The notes below the pieces were generated by a model, which was given only the letters and a program-made list of their open reading frames with translations, made no database searches and was not told the origin of the DNA. Below, piece by piece: positions 1 through 10,257 of a DNA stretch of 64,000 nucleotides. Every line of letters begins with the position of its first letter. The first letter of the stretch is position 1. Source of the stretch: Desulfovirgula sp. (lineage in GTDB: Bacteria; Bacillota; Desulfotomaculia; Desulfotomaculales; Nap2-2B); assembly GCA_020725585.1 (NCBI GenBank), contig DYES01000072.1, positions 921 to 64,920 of the forward strand. The letters are read 5' to 3'. The position numbers and the translations under genes were made by a program.

Positions 1-1894
1 GGTCGCCGCCAACGGCGGGCACCTGGCACCTAATCTGGGCGTGGTGGAGCTTACCTTGGCGCTGCATAGAGTTTTTCGCGCTCCGGAGGATAAGATTGTC
101 TGGGACGTAGGCCACCAGTGCTACGCACACAAGCTTTTAACCGGGCGCCGGGAGGAGTTTCGAACCTTAAGGAAGTTTGGGGGGATCAGCGGTTTCCCCC
201 GGCCGCAGGAAAGTCCGTACGACGCTTTTGCCACCGGGCACAGCAGCACGTCCATTTCCGCCGCCCTGGGAATGGCTTTGGCGCGTGATTTACAAAAGAA
301 AAAATACGCGGTGGTGGCCGTGATTGGCGACGGCGCCATGACCGCGGGAATGGCTTTTGAGGCTTTAAATCACGCCGGGCACATCCAGCGGGACTTAATC
401 GTTGTGCTCAACGACAACGAAATGTCGATCGCCCGCAACGTGGGGGCGCTGTCCAGGTATTTAACCCGCCTGCGCACCGAACCAATGTATTCCCGGAGCA
501 AAGAGGAAATCGAACAGCTGCTCAAAAAAATCCCGGCCATCGGTCCGGCGGTGGTAAAGGCAGTGGAGAGGTTAAAAGATTCGTTAAAATATCTGGTCGT
601 GCCCGGCATGTTTTTTGAAGAACTGGGCTTTAAGTATTTGGGGCCGATCAACGGGCATAACATCCCGGAAATGCTTGCCGTTTTTGAGCAGGCCAGGACC
701 GGCCGGGGGCCCGTGCTGGTGCACGTGATTACCCAGAAAGGGAAAGGCTACCCCCCGGCGGAGGAAAAGGCGGATAAGTTCCACGGAATTGGCCCTTTTT
801 CGGTGGAAACGGGCAAGAGTGCGGCCGGTGCTTCCCCTCCTACCTATACGGAGGTGTTTGGCGAAACGTTAATCCAGCTGGCCCGGCAGGATGAAAAGAT
901 CGTGGCCATTACGGCCGCCATGCCTTCCGGTACCGGGCTCTCCAAATTTGCCCGGCTCTTTCCGGAAAGGTTTTTCGACGTGGGAATAGCGGAGCAGCAC
1001 GCCGTAACCCTGGGCGCGGGACTCGCTTCCGGCGGGTTAAAGCCGGTGGTGGCCATTTATTCTACCTTTTTGCAAAGAGCGTACGATCAGGTGCTTCATG
1101 ATGTTTGTTTACAAAAACTTCCGGTAACTTTTGCCATCGATCGGGGCGGTTTGGTGGGGGATGACGGCCCTACCCACCACGGCGTTTTTGATTACGCCTA
1201 CCTGCGCTCCATACCCAACATGGTGGTTATGGCGCCTAAGGATGAAGACGAGCTCCGGCACATGCTGAAAACCGCCCTCGACCACCACGGACCGGCGGCC
1301 GTTCGCTACCCGCGGGATAAAGGAACGGGTTGTCCGCTCACCGGGGAGCCGGAACAATTACCCCTCGGCCGGGCGCAAACGCTTCGCGACGGTTGCGATG
1401 TAGCCCTGGTAGCGATTGGAAGCATGGTGAAAGTGGCCCAGGAGGCGGCGGAGCTTTTGGCGGAGCATGGTGTTGACGCGGCGGTAATCAACGCGCGGTT
1501 TGTAAAACCGCTGGATGAAGAATGTCTTACCCGTTACGCCCTGAAGACCAGGCTGATGATCACTATGGAGGAGCATGTTCTGGCGGGAGGTTTCGGCAGT
1601 GCGGTGCTGGAGGCGCTGGAGCGCCGGCAGGTTTATAATTGCCCGCTGTTCCGGCTGGGCATCGGCGATACCTTTGTCGAACACGGCAGTCGCGATATTC
1701 TCCTCGCTCAGCAGGGGCTGACCGCAGAAAATGTAGTGAACCTCGTCCTGTCCAATTTAGGGGTGCGCCCGGCAAGTGTGGCCGTAGGCCGCCATATTTC
1801 AGAGACCAGAAAAAAAGAGGGAAAAACGAACCGCCAGGTTCCTGCCCCCCGGCGATTAACGGCTGAGGACAGGCTGAAGGCAGGGGGGAAATAA
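1..1894 (+). CDS. dxs: 1-deoxy-D-xylulose-5-phosphate synthase, 5' end cut by window edge; carries an unusual ~45-aa basic C-terminal tail
   Basis: Frame open from nt 2 ([22 protein letters not shown]...). TPP-binding motif '[20 protein letters not shown]'. Transketolase-like middle and C-terminal domains recognisable over the full length. Confidence 0.95.
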   Translation, partial: VAANGGHLAPNLGVVELTLALHRVFRAPEDKIVWDVGHQCYAHKLLTGRREEFRTLRKFGGISGFPRPQESPYDAFATGHSSTSISAALGMALARDLQKKKYAVVAVIGDGAMTAGMAFEALNHAGHIQRDLIVVLNDNEMSIARNVGALSRYLTRLRTEPMYSRSKEEIEQLLKKIPAIGPAVVKAVERLKDSLKYLVVPGMFFEELGFKYLGPINGHNIPEMLAVFEQARTGRGPVLVHVITQKGKGYPPAEEKADKFHGIGPFSVETGKSAAGASPPTYTEVFGETLIQLARQDEKIVAITAAMPSGTGLSKFARLFPERFFDVGIAEQHAVTLGAGLASGGLKPVVAIYSTFLQRAYDQVLHDVCLQKLPVTFAIDRGGLVGDDGPTHHGVFDYAYLRSIPNMVVMAPKDEDELRHMLKTALDHHGPAAVRYPRDKGTGCPLTGEPEQLPLGRAQTLRDGCDVALVAIGSMVKVAQEAAELLAEHGVDAAVINARFVKPLDEECLTRYALKTRLMITMEEHVLAGGFGSAVLEALERRQVYNCPLFRLGIGDTFVEHGSRDILLAQQGLTAENVVNLVLSNLGVRPASVAVGRHISETRKKEGKTNRQVPAPRRLTAEDRLKAGGK

Positions 1895-1895
1895 T

Positions 1896-2711
1896 TTGGT
1901 TCCGCCGAAGATCAGGCTGGACGTGCTGTTGGTTAGAAAGGGGTTGTTTGCCAGCCGGGAAAAAGCAAGGGCGGCGACCATGTCCGGCCAGGTGCTGGTC
2001 AACGGCCAAAAGGTGTTCAAGCCTGCCGCGCAAGTCCAGCCCGATGCGGAGCTCACTGTTGTGGAGCGCATGCCTTACGTCAGCCGGGGCGGTTTAAAGT
2101 TAGAAAAAGCTATTCACGCCTTTCACCTGGATTTGAGAGATAAAATTGTTTTGGACGTGGGCGCTTCCACGGGGGGCTTCACCGATTGTGCGTTAGCGCA
2201 CGGAGCGCGCCTTGTCTACGCGGTAGACGTGGGTTACGGTCAGCTTGCCTGGAAGCTGCGCACCTCTCCCCAGGTGGTGGTTTTGGAGCGCACGAATATC
2301 CGGGACCTTTCCCCAGAAGCATTTGCCCTTCCCCCCAATTTTGCGGTCATTGATGTATCTTTCATCTCCCTGGCCATAGTTTTGCCCAAAATAAAAGACC
2401 TGACCACGGCGGACGCTCAGGGCGTAGCCTTAATCAAACCCCAGTTTGAAGCGGGGCGAGAAAAAGTCGGCAAAAAGGGCGTCGTCAGGGACCCTCTTGT
2501 CCACCGGGAAGTGATTGCCAAAGTATGCGCGGTGGTGAGTGCTTTAGGCTGGGCTGTGCGGGGGCTGGATTTTTCTCCTCTCAAAGGTCCGGAAGGAAAT
2601 ATTGAATACCTGCTTTATTTTGATAAGGATGCGCAAAACGGGCTCAGTCCTTCAGCAGTCGAAGCCAGGACCTCCGCCGCGGTGGAGGAGGCGCACCGCA
2701 CCCTGAAGTGA
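1896..2711 (+). CDS. tlyA: TlyA-family rRNA 2'-O-methyltransferase (S4 domain + FtsJ-like methyltransferase)
   Basis: N-terminal S4-like 'RLDVLLVRKGLFASREKARAATMSGQVLVNG'; SAM-binding 'LDVGASTGGFTDC'; TTG start 1 nt after the dxs stop. Confidence 0.9.
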   Translation: MVPPKIRLDVLLVRKGLFASREKARAATMSGQVLVNGQKVFKPAAQVQPDAELTVVERMPYVSRGGLKLEKAIHAFHLDLRDKIVLDVGASTGGFTDCALAHGARLVYAVDVGYGQLAWKLRTSPQVVVLERTNIRDLSPEAFALPPNFAVIDVSFISLAIVLPKIKDLTTADAQGVALIKPQFEAGREKVGKKGVVRDPLVHREVIAKVCAVVSALGWAVRGLDFSPLKGPEGNIEYLLYFDKDAQNGLSPSAVEARTSAAVEEAHRTLK

Positions 2712-2746
2712 GCGTCCCCCCAGCATCCTGATTCGAGGTGTATGAA

Positions 2747-3640
2747 ATGCAGAATGTTGGCCTGGTAATAAATCTTGATAAAGAGAATATACAAGACTTG
2801 GTCAAGAAAACCATTAACTGGCTCCAGGCCAACCGGTGCAAACCTTTGCTGGCTCCGGAAGCCGCGCAAGCCCTGGGCTTTCCTGAATACACGGCCGCGG
2901 AATTAGTTAAAGAAGCCCAGTGCCTGATTGTGCTTGGGGGCGACGGCACGTTGCTGAATAGCGCCAGGCTGGCCGCCCCTGCCGGCATCCCCCTTTTGGG
3001 GATCAACATCGGTCGGATGGGATTTTTAACGGAGGTTGACGCTCCCGAACTCTTTTTTGCCCTGGAAAAGCTTTTGAAAGGTGAATACAGTGTCGATGAT
3101 CGCATGATGCTGGAGGCAAAGGTGTATCGCCGGGGCAGTTGCGTCGCCCGTTCCACGGCGCTTAATGACGCGGTGGTAACCAAGGGCGCCTTCGCGCGGC
3201 TCATTTTTTTGGAGACTTATGTTAACGACGAATATGTTGCCACCTACCCGGCGGATGGTTTAATTATCGCCAGTCCCACGGGTTCTACGGCATATTCCCT
3301 CTCGGCGGGCGGGCCCCTGGTTTCTCCCGACCTGGCCTTGATGCTGGTGACTCCCATCTGCCCGCATTCCCTGTGGGCCAGGCCCCTGGTGATTGGAGCA
3401 GAAAGCGAGATCAGGGTAATCGTTAATTCCCAGAAGGAAGAGGTAATGCTGACCATGGACGGGCAGTACGGCGTTCGGTTGGAGCAAAACGACGCCGTGG
3501 TCGTCACCAGGTCTCCATTTCAGGCGAAATTTATCCGGTTGAAAAACCGGAGCTTCTATTATCTTTTACGCAGGAAGTTGAGCGAAGGCGAAAAGGCTGG
3601 TATTTCCAATGAAGGTTCAGCGGCAAAAGAAAATTCTTGA
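2747..3640 (+). CDS. nadK: NAD kinase
   Basis: 'GGDGTLL' and 'ASPTGSTAYSLSAGGP' motifs. ATG at 2747 lies 8 nt after GAGG; the ORF-track GTG at 2738 has no spacer to the SD. Confidence 0.9.
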   Translation: MQNVGLVINLDKENIQDLVKKTINWLQANRCKPLLAPEAAQALGFPEYTAAELVKEAQCLIVLGGDGTLLNSARLAAPAGIPLLGINIGRMGFLTEVDAPELFFALEKLLKGEYSVDDRMMLEAKVYRRGSCVARSTALNDAVVTKGAFARLIFLETYVNDEYVATYPADGLIIASPTGSTAYSLSAGGPLVSPDLALMLVTPICPHSLWARPLVIGAESEIRVIVNSQKEEVMLTMDGQYGVRLEQNDAVVVTRSPFQAKFIRLKNRSFYYLLRRKLSEGEKAGISNEGSAAKENS

Positions 3641-4073
3641 GATCATTTCCCAAAGGCAGGTGCAGACCCAAAAGGAACTGGCCCTGGCCCTGCAGGCACA
3701 AGGGCTCAAAGCCACCCAGGCCACCATTTCCCGTGACATCAAAGAACTGGGTCTGATCAAAGCGCCGACTGGAAACAACGCGGCGTGCTACATCTTGCCG
3801 GAGGCTCCCCGGTCATTATACCGCGAGGAGCGTTTGAAAAGGGCGTTTAAGGATTCTGTTGTTTCGTTTGATTACAGCGAAAATCTGATCGTTTTAAAGA
3901 CTCTTCCGGGAGAAGCACAGGGAGTAGCTTGTGCTCTCGACCACGCCAATTTGACGGGAATTATCGGCACGGTCGCTGGAGACGACACTATTTTAGCCGT
4001 TGTCAAACCGAAAAAATATGTGTCCAGGCTTTTGAAGCGTTTTCACCAGCTGATTAATCAAAAGCCAGGCTAA
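3609..4073 (+). CDS. argR: Arginine repressor ArgR/AhrC
   Basis: N-terminal winged-helix 'RQKKILEIISQRQVQTQKELALALQAQGLKATQATISRDIKELGL'; typical ~150-aa length; overlaps the nadK 3' end. Confidence 0.9.
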   Translation: MKVQRQKKILEIISQRQVQTQKELALALQAQGLKATQATISRDIKELGLIKAPTGNNAACYILPEAPRSLYREERLKRAFKDSVVSFDYSENLIVLKTLPGEAQGVACALDHANLTGIIGTVAGDDTILAVVKPKKYVSRLLKRFHQLINQKPG

Positions 4074-4086
4074 GGAGTTGGCGGCC

Positions 4087-5793
4087 ATGTTAGTTCTGCT
4101 GGAAATTCAGGATTTCGGCCTGATCGGTCAGGCGAGCATAGAATTCACGCCCGGCTTAAACGTTTTAACCGGGGAAACAGGAGCAGGGAAGTCCATTATT
4201 GTCGATGCCCTGCAGGTCGCTCTGGGTCAGCGGGCGTCGGCGGAATTTATCCGCACCGGCAGGGAAAAGGCGCGCGTCACGGCGGTATTCGAGATCGGCA
4301 GGCACTTGCCGCTGAAAGAAAAATTATCCGGGTGGGGAATTCCCGGGGAGGAAGACGGTACTTTAGTAATGTCCCGGGAGTTAACCAGGAGCGGCCGGAA
4401 TACTTGCCGTTTAAATGGACAGGCCGTTACGGTGGGCCTTTACCGGGAAGCGGGTCGTTTCCTGGTGGCACTGCAGGGACAGTATGAGCAGCAAACCCTG
4501 GCGATGCCAGAACATCAGCTGGATTTGCTGGATCGTTTTGGCGGCGCGCAAACGGAAAGCCTGCAAAAGGCCGTCAGGGAAATATACGGCCGGTGGCGGG
4601 CTGCAAAAGTGCGTCTTGGCGAAATAACCAGCAACGCGAAGGACCGGGCGCGCCGCCTGGACATGTTGCGCTACCAGATGGAAGAAATTGACCGGGCTAA
4701 ATTGTCCGCGCCGACTGAGGAAGAGGAACTTCTCAGGGAACGCCGGCGGCTGGCCAACGCAGAAAAAATTTTATCCTTGGCCGGGGAAGGTTACGAATTT
4801 TTACAGGGAAGCGGAGGACACGGGCCGTCTGCCCTGGATTGCCTGGGGCAGGCCAGGCGTTGCTTAAGCGAGCTGTCCCGCTTAGATGAGGCGCTGGCCC
4901 CTTCGTTAGCGGCGGTGGAAAGCGCTTATTACCAGCTGGAGGATGTGGCGCGCGAACTGTCCGGCTACCGCGAGCAAATCCAGGTTGACCCCGAGCAGTT
5001 ACAACTGGTTGAGGAACGCCTGGCTCTGCTTAAAAATTTAAAAAGAAAGTATGGCGATACGATTGCCGACATACTGCGCTACCGGGAGCAGGCCGCCCGC
5101 GAGCACGACCAGCTGGCCGCCCTGGAGGAAGATACCGCCGCTTTAGAGGAGGAGGTTAACCGCCTGGAAGCCGAGTGGCGCCAGGTTTCCCGGGAGCTAA
5201 CGCGCGCCCGCCGAGAAGCCGCCCGCCGGCTCCAAGAGGCAGTTGCGGCGGAACTGGCTTCTCTGGAAATGGGCAAGGTTGAATTTTGTGTTCAGTTCGA
5301 ACAATTAACGGGTATTTCTGCTCACGGGCAGGAAAGAATTGAGTTTTTTATCTCTCCCAATCCCGGAGAGCCGCCCCGGCCGTTGGCCAAAATTGCCTCC
5401 GGAGGGGAGCTGTCCAGAATTATGCTGGCGTTAAGAACTATTTTGGCCTCGCTAGACGAGATTCCCACCCTGGTTTTTGACGAGGTGGACACGGGCATAG
5501 GCGGCAGGACCCTTCAGGCGGTGGCCGAAAAACTTTCCCGCCTTGCCGCCCGCGTCCAGGTAATTTGCGTGACGCACGCCGCGCAGGTGGCCTGCCACGC
5601 GGACAACCATTATTACGTTTGCAAAGCGGTCCAGGACGGACAGACGAATATTTACGTGGAAGCGCTCCGGGAAGAAAAGCGCGTTAAAGAGATTGCCCGC
5701 ATGCTGGCGGGAAAAGACGACGGACTGGCCTGGGAACACGCCCGCCAGCTCGTCTGGCAGGCGAAGCAGGCCAAAGAAGCGTGGTCCACGTAA
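4087..5793 (+). CDS. recN: DNA repair protein RecN
   Basis: Walker A 'GETGAGKS', long coiled-coil middle, ABC signature 'SGGELSRIMLAL'. ATG 4087 lies 9 nt after AAGGAG; the ORF-track TTG 4078 abuts the SD. Confidence 0.95.
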   Translation: MLVLLEIQDFGLIGQASIEFTPGLNVLTGETGAGKSIIVDALQVALGQRASAEFIRTGREKARVTAVFEIGRHLPLKEKLSGWGIPGEEDGTLVMSRELTRSGRNTCRLNGQAVTVGLYREAGRFLVALQGQYEQQTLAMPEHQLDLLDRFGGAQTESLQKAVREIYGRWRAAKVRLGEITSNAKDRARRLDMLRYQMEEIDRAKLSAPTEEEELLRERRRLANAEKILSLAGEGYEFLQGSGGHGPSALDCLGQARRCLSELSRLDEALAPSLAAVESAYYQLEDVARELSGYREQIQVDPEQLQLVEERLALLKNLKRKYGDTIADILRYREQAAREHDQLAALEEDTAALEEEVNRLEAEWRQVSRELTRARREAARRLQEAVAAELASLEMGKVEFCVQFEQLTGISAHGQERIEFFISPNPGEPPRPLAKIASGGELSRIMLALRTILASLDEIPTLVFDEVDTGIGGRTLQAVAEKLSRLAARVQVICVTHAAQVACHADNHYYVCKAVQDGQTNIYVEALREEKRVKEIARMLAGKDDGLAWEHARQLVWQAKQAKEAWST

Positions 5794-5844
5794 ATGTTAA
5801 AGTTAATGCCATATTTCGCGAAGATACCGCCGGGATTATTGGTT

Positions 5845-6543
5845 TTAGCTGCCCGCAACAAGGAAGTTGGCCCTGAAGGGAAAGGCAGGATTGTTTATGG
5901 TGATCCTTGTCCAGGAGCCTATGCTCGGATCAGGGGTGAGCAAATGGGCCCTGTGTGCTGAAATCAACTCTACGTTTCTTATTCTATGAGGCAACCGAAT
6001 GTGAAGGGTCTCCGGAGGCCGGTATCCTGTTGGAATCCGGCCCTCTTTTTTTAAGTTAATTTTACCCTCGATAAAATCTGTTCGGATTGAAAATTGGATT
6101 TCGTAAGCAAGCAGCGACTCGCCGTCAAAATATTCGATTGCTGCCCCTTCCGCTTGATCTTTCAATACAACAAGAATCTCCAGGTCTTCCAGTGAACGAT
6201 CAGGAATATAGGACGGCGCTTCCGGGTACGTGGGAACGATGGCGTTTTCCCGGATAAAAAGGGGGAGATCGGTATCTTCTTCCCAACTTGTCTGGTACGT
6301 TTGGCCTCCCTGGCGTTCTTTCCCGCACCACCACGAATACCAGGTGCCGGGAGGGAGATAGCAGGTCCGAGTTGGTGCCCGGTCCATTAACGGGGCAGCC
6401 AGCAGGTAGGGCCCCAGGAGAAATTCGGTTTCGTAGAAGACGGGTTCTAGCGCCTCGGCTGTGGGTGCGTGATAAAAAATTGGCCTCATGATCGGCTGGC
6501 CGTATTGGACTGTTCGCTTATCCAGCGTCAGGAAAAAAAACAT
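5845..6543 (-). pseudogene. C-terminal ~230-aa remnant of a GH31 alpha-glucosidase; catalytic N-terminal two-thirds absent
   Basis: 'PIMRPIFYHAP...FLLGPYLLAAPLMDRAPTRTCYLPPGTWYSWW...LPLFIRENAIVP' matches the distal beta-sandwich end of GH31 enzymes (normally 700-800 aa). Upstream on this strand is only AT-rich spacer. Confidence 0.6.
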
Positions 6544-6794
6544 AAGAAGAAAGCGGCAGTGATGCGCGAAAGGCTTGCTGCCGCCTCGTTGCTGGTTTGC
6601 CCCCCGGAGCGGGGTTTAATTTTTTACAAAATATTACAGTACAAGTCTAGAGCTTATAAATCAGCATATTGGCAAACTACGGCACATTTAGGCAGAATAA
6701 TCGCAATTATCTCAGGTTACTTTAAAAATACACGATTATATTTTATATATCTTAAAATTACACCAGATATTGTCCAGTTGAGGGGGAAAGCAAC

Positions 6795-8081
6795 CTGAAG
6801 AAAAGGATTTACAAAATCGAATGGGTATTATTTTATTTTTTAGTTCTGGCTTTTCTAGTGAAAAACCTGTTCGCTCTTCCTGTCCAGCAAAACGTTAAAA
6901 TCGGCGACCCGATCCTTCCCCGGCCGTTTTTTCATTCCGGGCTATCCCGTCACCTGAATGGATATCTTGACGACCGGCCCAAAGTTATTGATTTTTCGCA
7001 AAGCGTTCCGCTGGCCGCGGAGCCGGGCCAGTTGCACATCCGGCTCAAGCTGTTCGGGCTGATCCCTTTTCACGAAATGCTGGTGAATGTTGTTGCCCCA
7101 CCGCAGGTGATGGTTTGCGGGCATTCCATCGGTGTCTTTTTGCATGCGGAAGGAGTAATGGTCGTCGGCCACACGGCGGTGGAAGATTCTACCGGGAAAA
7201 AGTATCACCCCGCCGAAAAAGGAGGTATTCTGGCGGGCGATTTGATCGTCAAGGTGAACAATATCCCTGTGCAAAACGAAAAGCAGCTCAGGGAGGAAAT
7301 AAATCGCAGCGGGCGGGAGGGAAAGCCCGTCACCCTGGAGATAAAAAGGAATAAGAAAATGTTTGCCGTGCGCCTTAATCCCGTTTTTTGCCGGGAGACA
7401 GGGCGGTACCGGATCGGTTTATTGATCCGGGACAGCACGGCAGGCATGGGCACTTTGACTTTTTACGACCCTAAGACAAGGCTTTACGGCGCTTTGGGAC
7501 ATATGGTTACAGATGCGAGTGCAGCCTGGAAAGTGGATTTGAGTGACGGAAAAATAGTGAATGCGCTGGTCCGGGATATCTATTCGGGCTGCCGGGGGAG
7601 GCCGGGAGAAAAAATAGGCATTTTCCTGGGAAAGGCCAGCTTTACGGGCAACATCCAGAAAAACACGCCCTTTGGCATCTTCGGTACATTGCAGCAGCCG
7701 CCCGGCCAATTTTTTTACCCACGGCCGATGCCCGTAGCGATGGCTTACGAAATAGCCGCCGGACCGGCAGAAATATTAACAGTGCTGAAAGAAGAACGAA
7801 TAGAACGCTTTGCCATTGAAATAGAGAAAGTAAACCCGCAAATCAGGCCGGAAGGGAAGGGGTTGGTAATCAGGGTTACCGACCGCGAGTTGATCCGGCG
7901 GGCGGGAGGGATTATCCAGGGAATGAGCGGCAGCCCGATTATCCAAAACGGAAAATTTGTCGGTGTCGTGACGCATGTTTTCGTCAACGATCCCACCCGC
8001 GGTTACGGTGTGCCGGCGGAATGGATGCTCCAGGAAGCCGGCCTTTTGATTGTGAAGAGGGGCAATAAAATTGTTGCTTGA
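6795..8081 (+). CDS. spoIVB: Stage IV sporulation signalling serine peptidase SpoIVB (S55, PDZ domain)
   Basis: PDZ region and catalytic 'GMSGSPI'. The conservative start is GTG 6858. I favour CTG 6795, which lies 4 nt after the strong SD GAGGGGGAAAG and adds the expected membrane anchor KKRIYKIEWVLFYFLVLAFLV. Confidence 0.85.
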   Translation: MKKRIYKIEWVLFYFLVLAFLVKNLFALPVQQNVKIGDPILPRPFFHSGLSRHLNGYLDDRPKVIDFSQSVPLAAEPGQLHIRLKLFGLIPFHEMLVNVVAPPQVMVCGHSIGVFLHAEGVMVVGHTAVEDSTGKKYHPAEKGGILAGDLIVKVNNIPVQNEKQLREEINRSGREGKPVTLEIKRNKKMFAVRLNPVFCRETGRYRIGLLIRDSTAGMGTLTFYDPKTRLYGALGHMVTDASAAWKVDLSDGKIVNALVRDIYSGCRGRPGEKIGIFLGKASFTGNIQKNTPFGIFGTLQQPPGQFFYPRPMPVAMAYEIAAGPAEILTVLKEERIERFAIEIEKVNPQIRPEGKGLVIRVTDRELIRRAGGIIQGMSGSPIIQNGKFVGVVTHVFVNDPTRGYGVPAEWMLQEAGLLIVKRGNKIVA

Positions 8082-8173
8082 AATGAGTTTTTCGATCTTT
8101 TTAAAACTGTAAAATAAACAATGTAATAATATGGGAAATATTGGTACTTTTAAGCAGCCAGGGAGGACTTTTT

Positions 8174-8199
8174 AATTGTCCGTCGAAATACTTTTAGCT
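8174..8199 (+). promoter_or_regulatory. Candidate sigma-H-type promoter (AGGACTT-N14-GAAAT) overlapping a 0A-box-like CGTCGAA upstream of spo0A
   Basis: Partial matches to the B. subtilis sigma-H consensus (AGGAwwT / GAAT) and to the Spo0A box TGNCGAA (6/7) at 8191-8197. By-eye only. Confidence 0.25.
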
Positions 8200-8256
8200 A
8201 ATGGATATAAATACCTGGAAATAAACTGGGGAAAAAATAAATAGGAGGCAAGGGAA

Positions 8257-9027
8257 ATGAGCAGGAAAAAGGTCAAGATATTGGTCGCTGACGACAACAA
8301 AGAGTTTTGTGAATTACTAAAAGACTACTTTACTCAGCAAGAGGATTTTATTCTTACTGGGATTGCCTATAACGGGTTGGAAGCCCTGGAAATGATTGAG
8401 CAGCATAACCCGGACGTTGTTATCCTGGATATCATCATGCCTCACCTGGACGGAATAGGGGTTCTTGAAAAGCTGTCGACCGGAACGATCAACCCGCGGC
8501 CAAAAGTAATCATGCTCACTGCTTTTGGGCAAGAAACCTTCACCCAGCGGGCGATGGACCTGGGCGCGGATTATTATGTATTGAAACCTTTCGATTTTTC
8601 CGTGCTTGCTACCCGGATCCGCCAACTGGCGGACGGATTTAACGTCTCTCAATACGTTTCCCCCGTTAAGCCCAAAAACCTGGATATTGCCGTCACCAAC
8701 ATCATCCACGAAATGGGCGTACCGGCGCATATTAAGGGCTATCATTACCTGCGGGACGCGATTTTGATGGTGATCAACGAAATCAACTTATTGGGCGCGG
8801 TGACCAAGGAATTATACCCGATGATTGCCCAGAAATACAATACAACTCCCAGCCGGGTGGAAAGGGCCATTCGCCACGCCATTGAACTTGCCTGGGACCG
8901 GGGAAACGTAGAAATGATGACGAAGTTTTTTGGATATACTATCAATCTGGAGAGGGGTAAGCCGACCAACTCAGAATTCATCGCCATGGTTGCCGATAAA
9001 CTGCGCATCGAAGCAAAGGTGAGCTGA
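8257..9027 (+). CDS. spo0A: Sporulation master regulator Spo0A
   Basis: Receiver domain '[15 protein letters not shown]...[14 protein letters not shown]'; Spo0A-specific C-terminal DNA-binding domain '[20 protein letters not shown]...[12 protein letters not shown]'. Confidence 0.97.
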   Translation: MSRKKVKILVADDNKEFCELLKDYFTQQEDFILTGIAYNGLEALEMIEQHNPDVVILDIIMPHLDGIGVLEKLSTGTINPRPKVIMLTAFGQETFTQRAMDLGADYYVLKPFDFSVLATRIRQLADGFNVSQYVSPVKPKNLDIAVTNIIHEMGVPAHIKGYHYLRDAILMVINEINLLGAVTKELYPMIAQKYNTTPSRVERAIRHAIELAWDRGNVEMMTKFFGYTINLERGKPTNSEFIAMVADKLRIEAKVS

Positions 9028-9053
9028 CCGGAGAAGTAAACCGGACCAAGTCA

Positions 9054-9080
9054 AACCTGACCCCTGCGTCAGGTTTTTTA
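9054..9080 (+). terminator. Rho-independent terminator after spo0A
   Basis: AACCTGAC-cctgc..-GTCAGGTT 8-bp perfect stem followed by TTTTTAT. Confidence 0.8.
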
Positions 9081-9135
9081 TTAGCTGATTTGACTAACCT
9101 TTTTAAAAATTGTAAAATTCTTTTGGTGAACAATA

Positions 9136-10257
9136 ATGCATGTCCGAGGCGTGGCCAGGATCGATAGACGCACAAAAAACCTGGTGAAGAGGTTGACTCC
9201 CGGCGATATCGCCGTCATCAGCCACCCCAATCTGGACGGCCTGGCGGCCCGGTCGCTGCTTTGTGTCCGTCCCCGCGCCGTAGTTAACACCGCCCGCTCC
9301 ACGACCGGCGACTACCCGAATGCAGGGCCGCTTACCCTGGTCAGAGCGGGCATTGTTTTGCTGGATAACGTCGGGGAAAAGATCATGGAGAAAATTAAAG
9401 AAGGCCAGGTAATCGAGATTGTTGAAGATAAAATTTACCTGGAGGGTGCGCTGATTGGCTCCGGAGAGCTTTTGCGGGAGGATATGCTCCAGAAAAAAAT
9501 GGAAGAGGCCCGCCGGAAAATGAACGGGGTGCTGGCCGGTTTTATCCGGAATACAATCGAGCACGCCCGGAGCGAAATTGGCCTGGTCACCGGGGAATAT
9601 AGGCTGCCCTCCTTGCGGACGAGAATAGAAGGGCGGCATGCCCTGGTGGTGGTGAGAGGGGAGAGTTACAAGGAAGATTTAAAAGCGATCCGATCTTACA
9701 TCAGGGAAGTAAGGCCTGTCTTGATCGGGGTGGACGGCGGCGCCGACGCGATCGTGGAATTTGGTTACCGGCCCGATCTAATTGTCGGCGACATGGATAG
9801 CGTAAGCGACGAAGCCCTCTTAAGCGGGGCGGAGGTGGTCGTCCACGCCTACCCGGACGGCCGCTCTCCCGGTTTAAAGAGAATAAAAGATTTGGACCTG
9901 CCGGCGGCCATCTTTGCCGCGCCCGGGACAAGCGAGGATATCGCCATGCTCCTGGCTTACGAAAAAGGGGCGGAGCTGATCGTCATCGTAGGCGCCCATT
10001 TCTGCGTGGAAGACTTTTTAGAGAAAGGGCGCCGGGGGATGGGCAGCACCTTTTTGGTCAGGATGAAAATCGGCTCGGTCCTGGTGGATGCTAAAGGAGT
10101 AAGCAAGCTTTATCGCGGCCGCCTGTGCGCCCGTCACGTGGCGCAGATATTTTTAGCCGCTCTTTTGCCGGTGGGGATCGTTATTTTTGTCTCTCCCGTG
10201 ACGAGGGAGTTGCTGCACCTGATTTTTCTGCAATTTAAACTTTTCCTGGGGATTTAG
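9136..10257 (+). CDS. SteA-like protein (thiamine-pyrophosphokinase-like fold; homologue of the actinobacterial cytokinetic-ring protein SteA)
   Basis: 'GVARIDRRTKNLVKRLTPGDIAVISHPNLDGLAARSL...VVNTARSTTGDYPNAGP' is the hallmark SteA N-terminus; C-terminal TM helix. Confidence 0.75.
   Translation: MHVRGVARIDRRTKNLVKRLTPGDIAVISHPNLDGLAARSLLCVRPRAVVNTARSTTGDYPNAGPLTLVRAGIVLLDNVGEKIMEKIKEGQVIEIVEDKIYLEGALIGSGELLREDMLQKKMEEARRKMNGVLAGFIRNTIEHARSEIGLVTGEYRLPSLRTRIEGRHALVVVRGESYKEDLKAIRSYIREVRPVLIGVDGGADAIVEFGYRPDLIVGDMDSVSDEALLSGAEVVVHAYPDGRSPGLKRIKDLDLPAAIFAAPGTSEDIAMLLAYEKGAELIVIVGAHFCVEDFLEKGRRGMGSTFLVRMKIGSVLVDAKGVSKLYRGRLCARHVAQIFLAALLPVGIVIFVSPVTRELLHLIFLQFKLFLGI

Noticed and set aside
6469-6798. 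109-aa + strand ORF in the recN-spoIVB spacer
   Set aside because: It begins antisense to the GH31 relic and runs through AT-rich non-coding sequence. It has no SD and no recognisable domain, and its stop overlaps the spoIVB initiation region.
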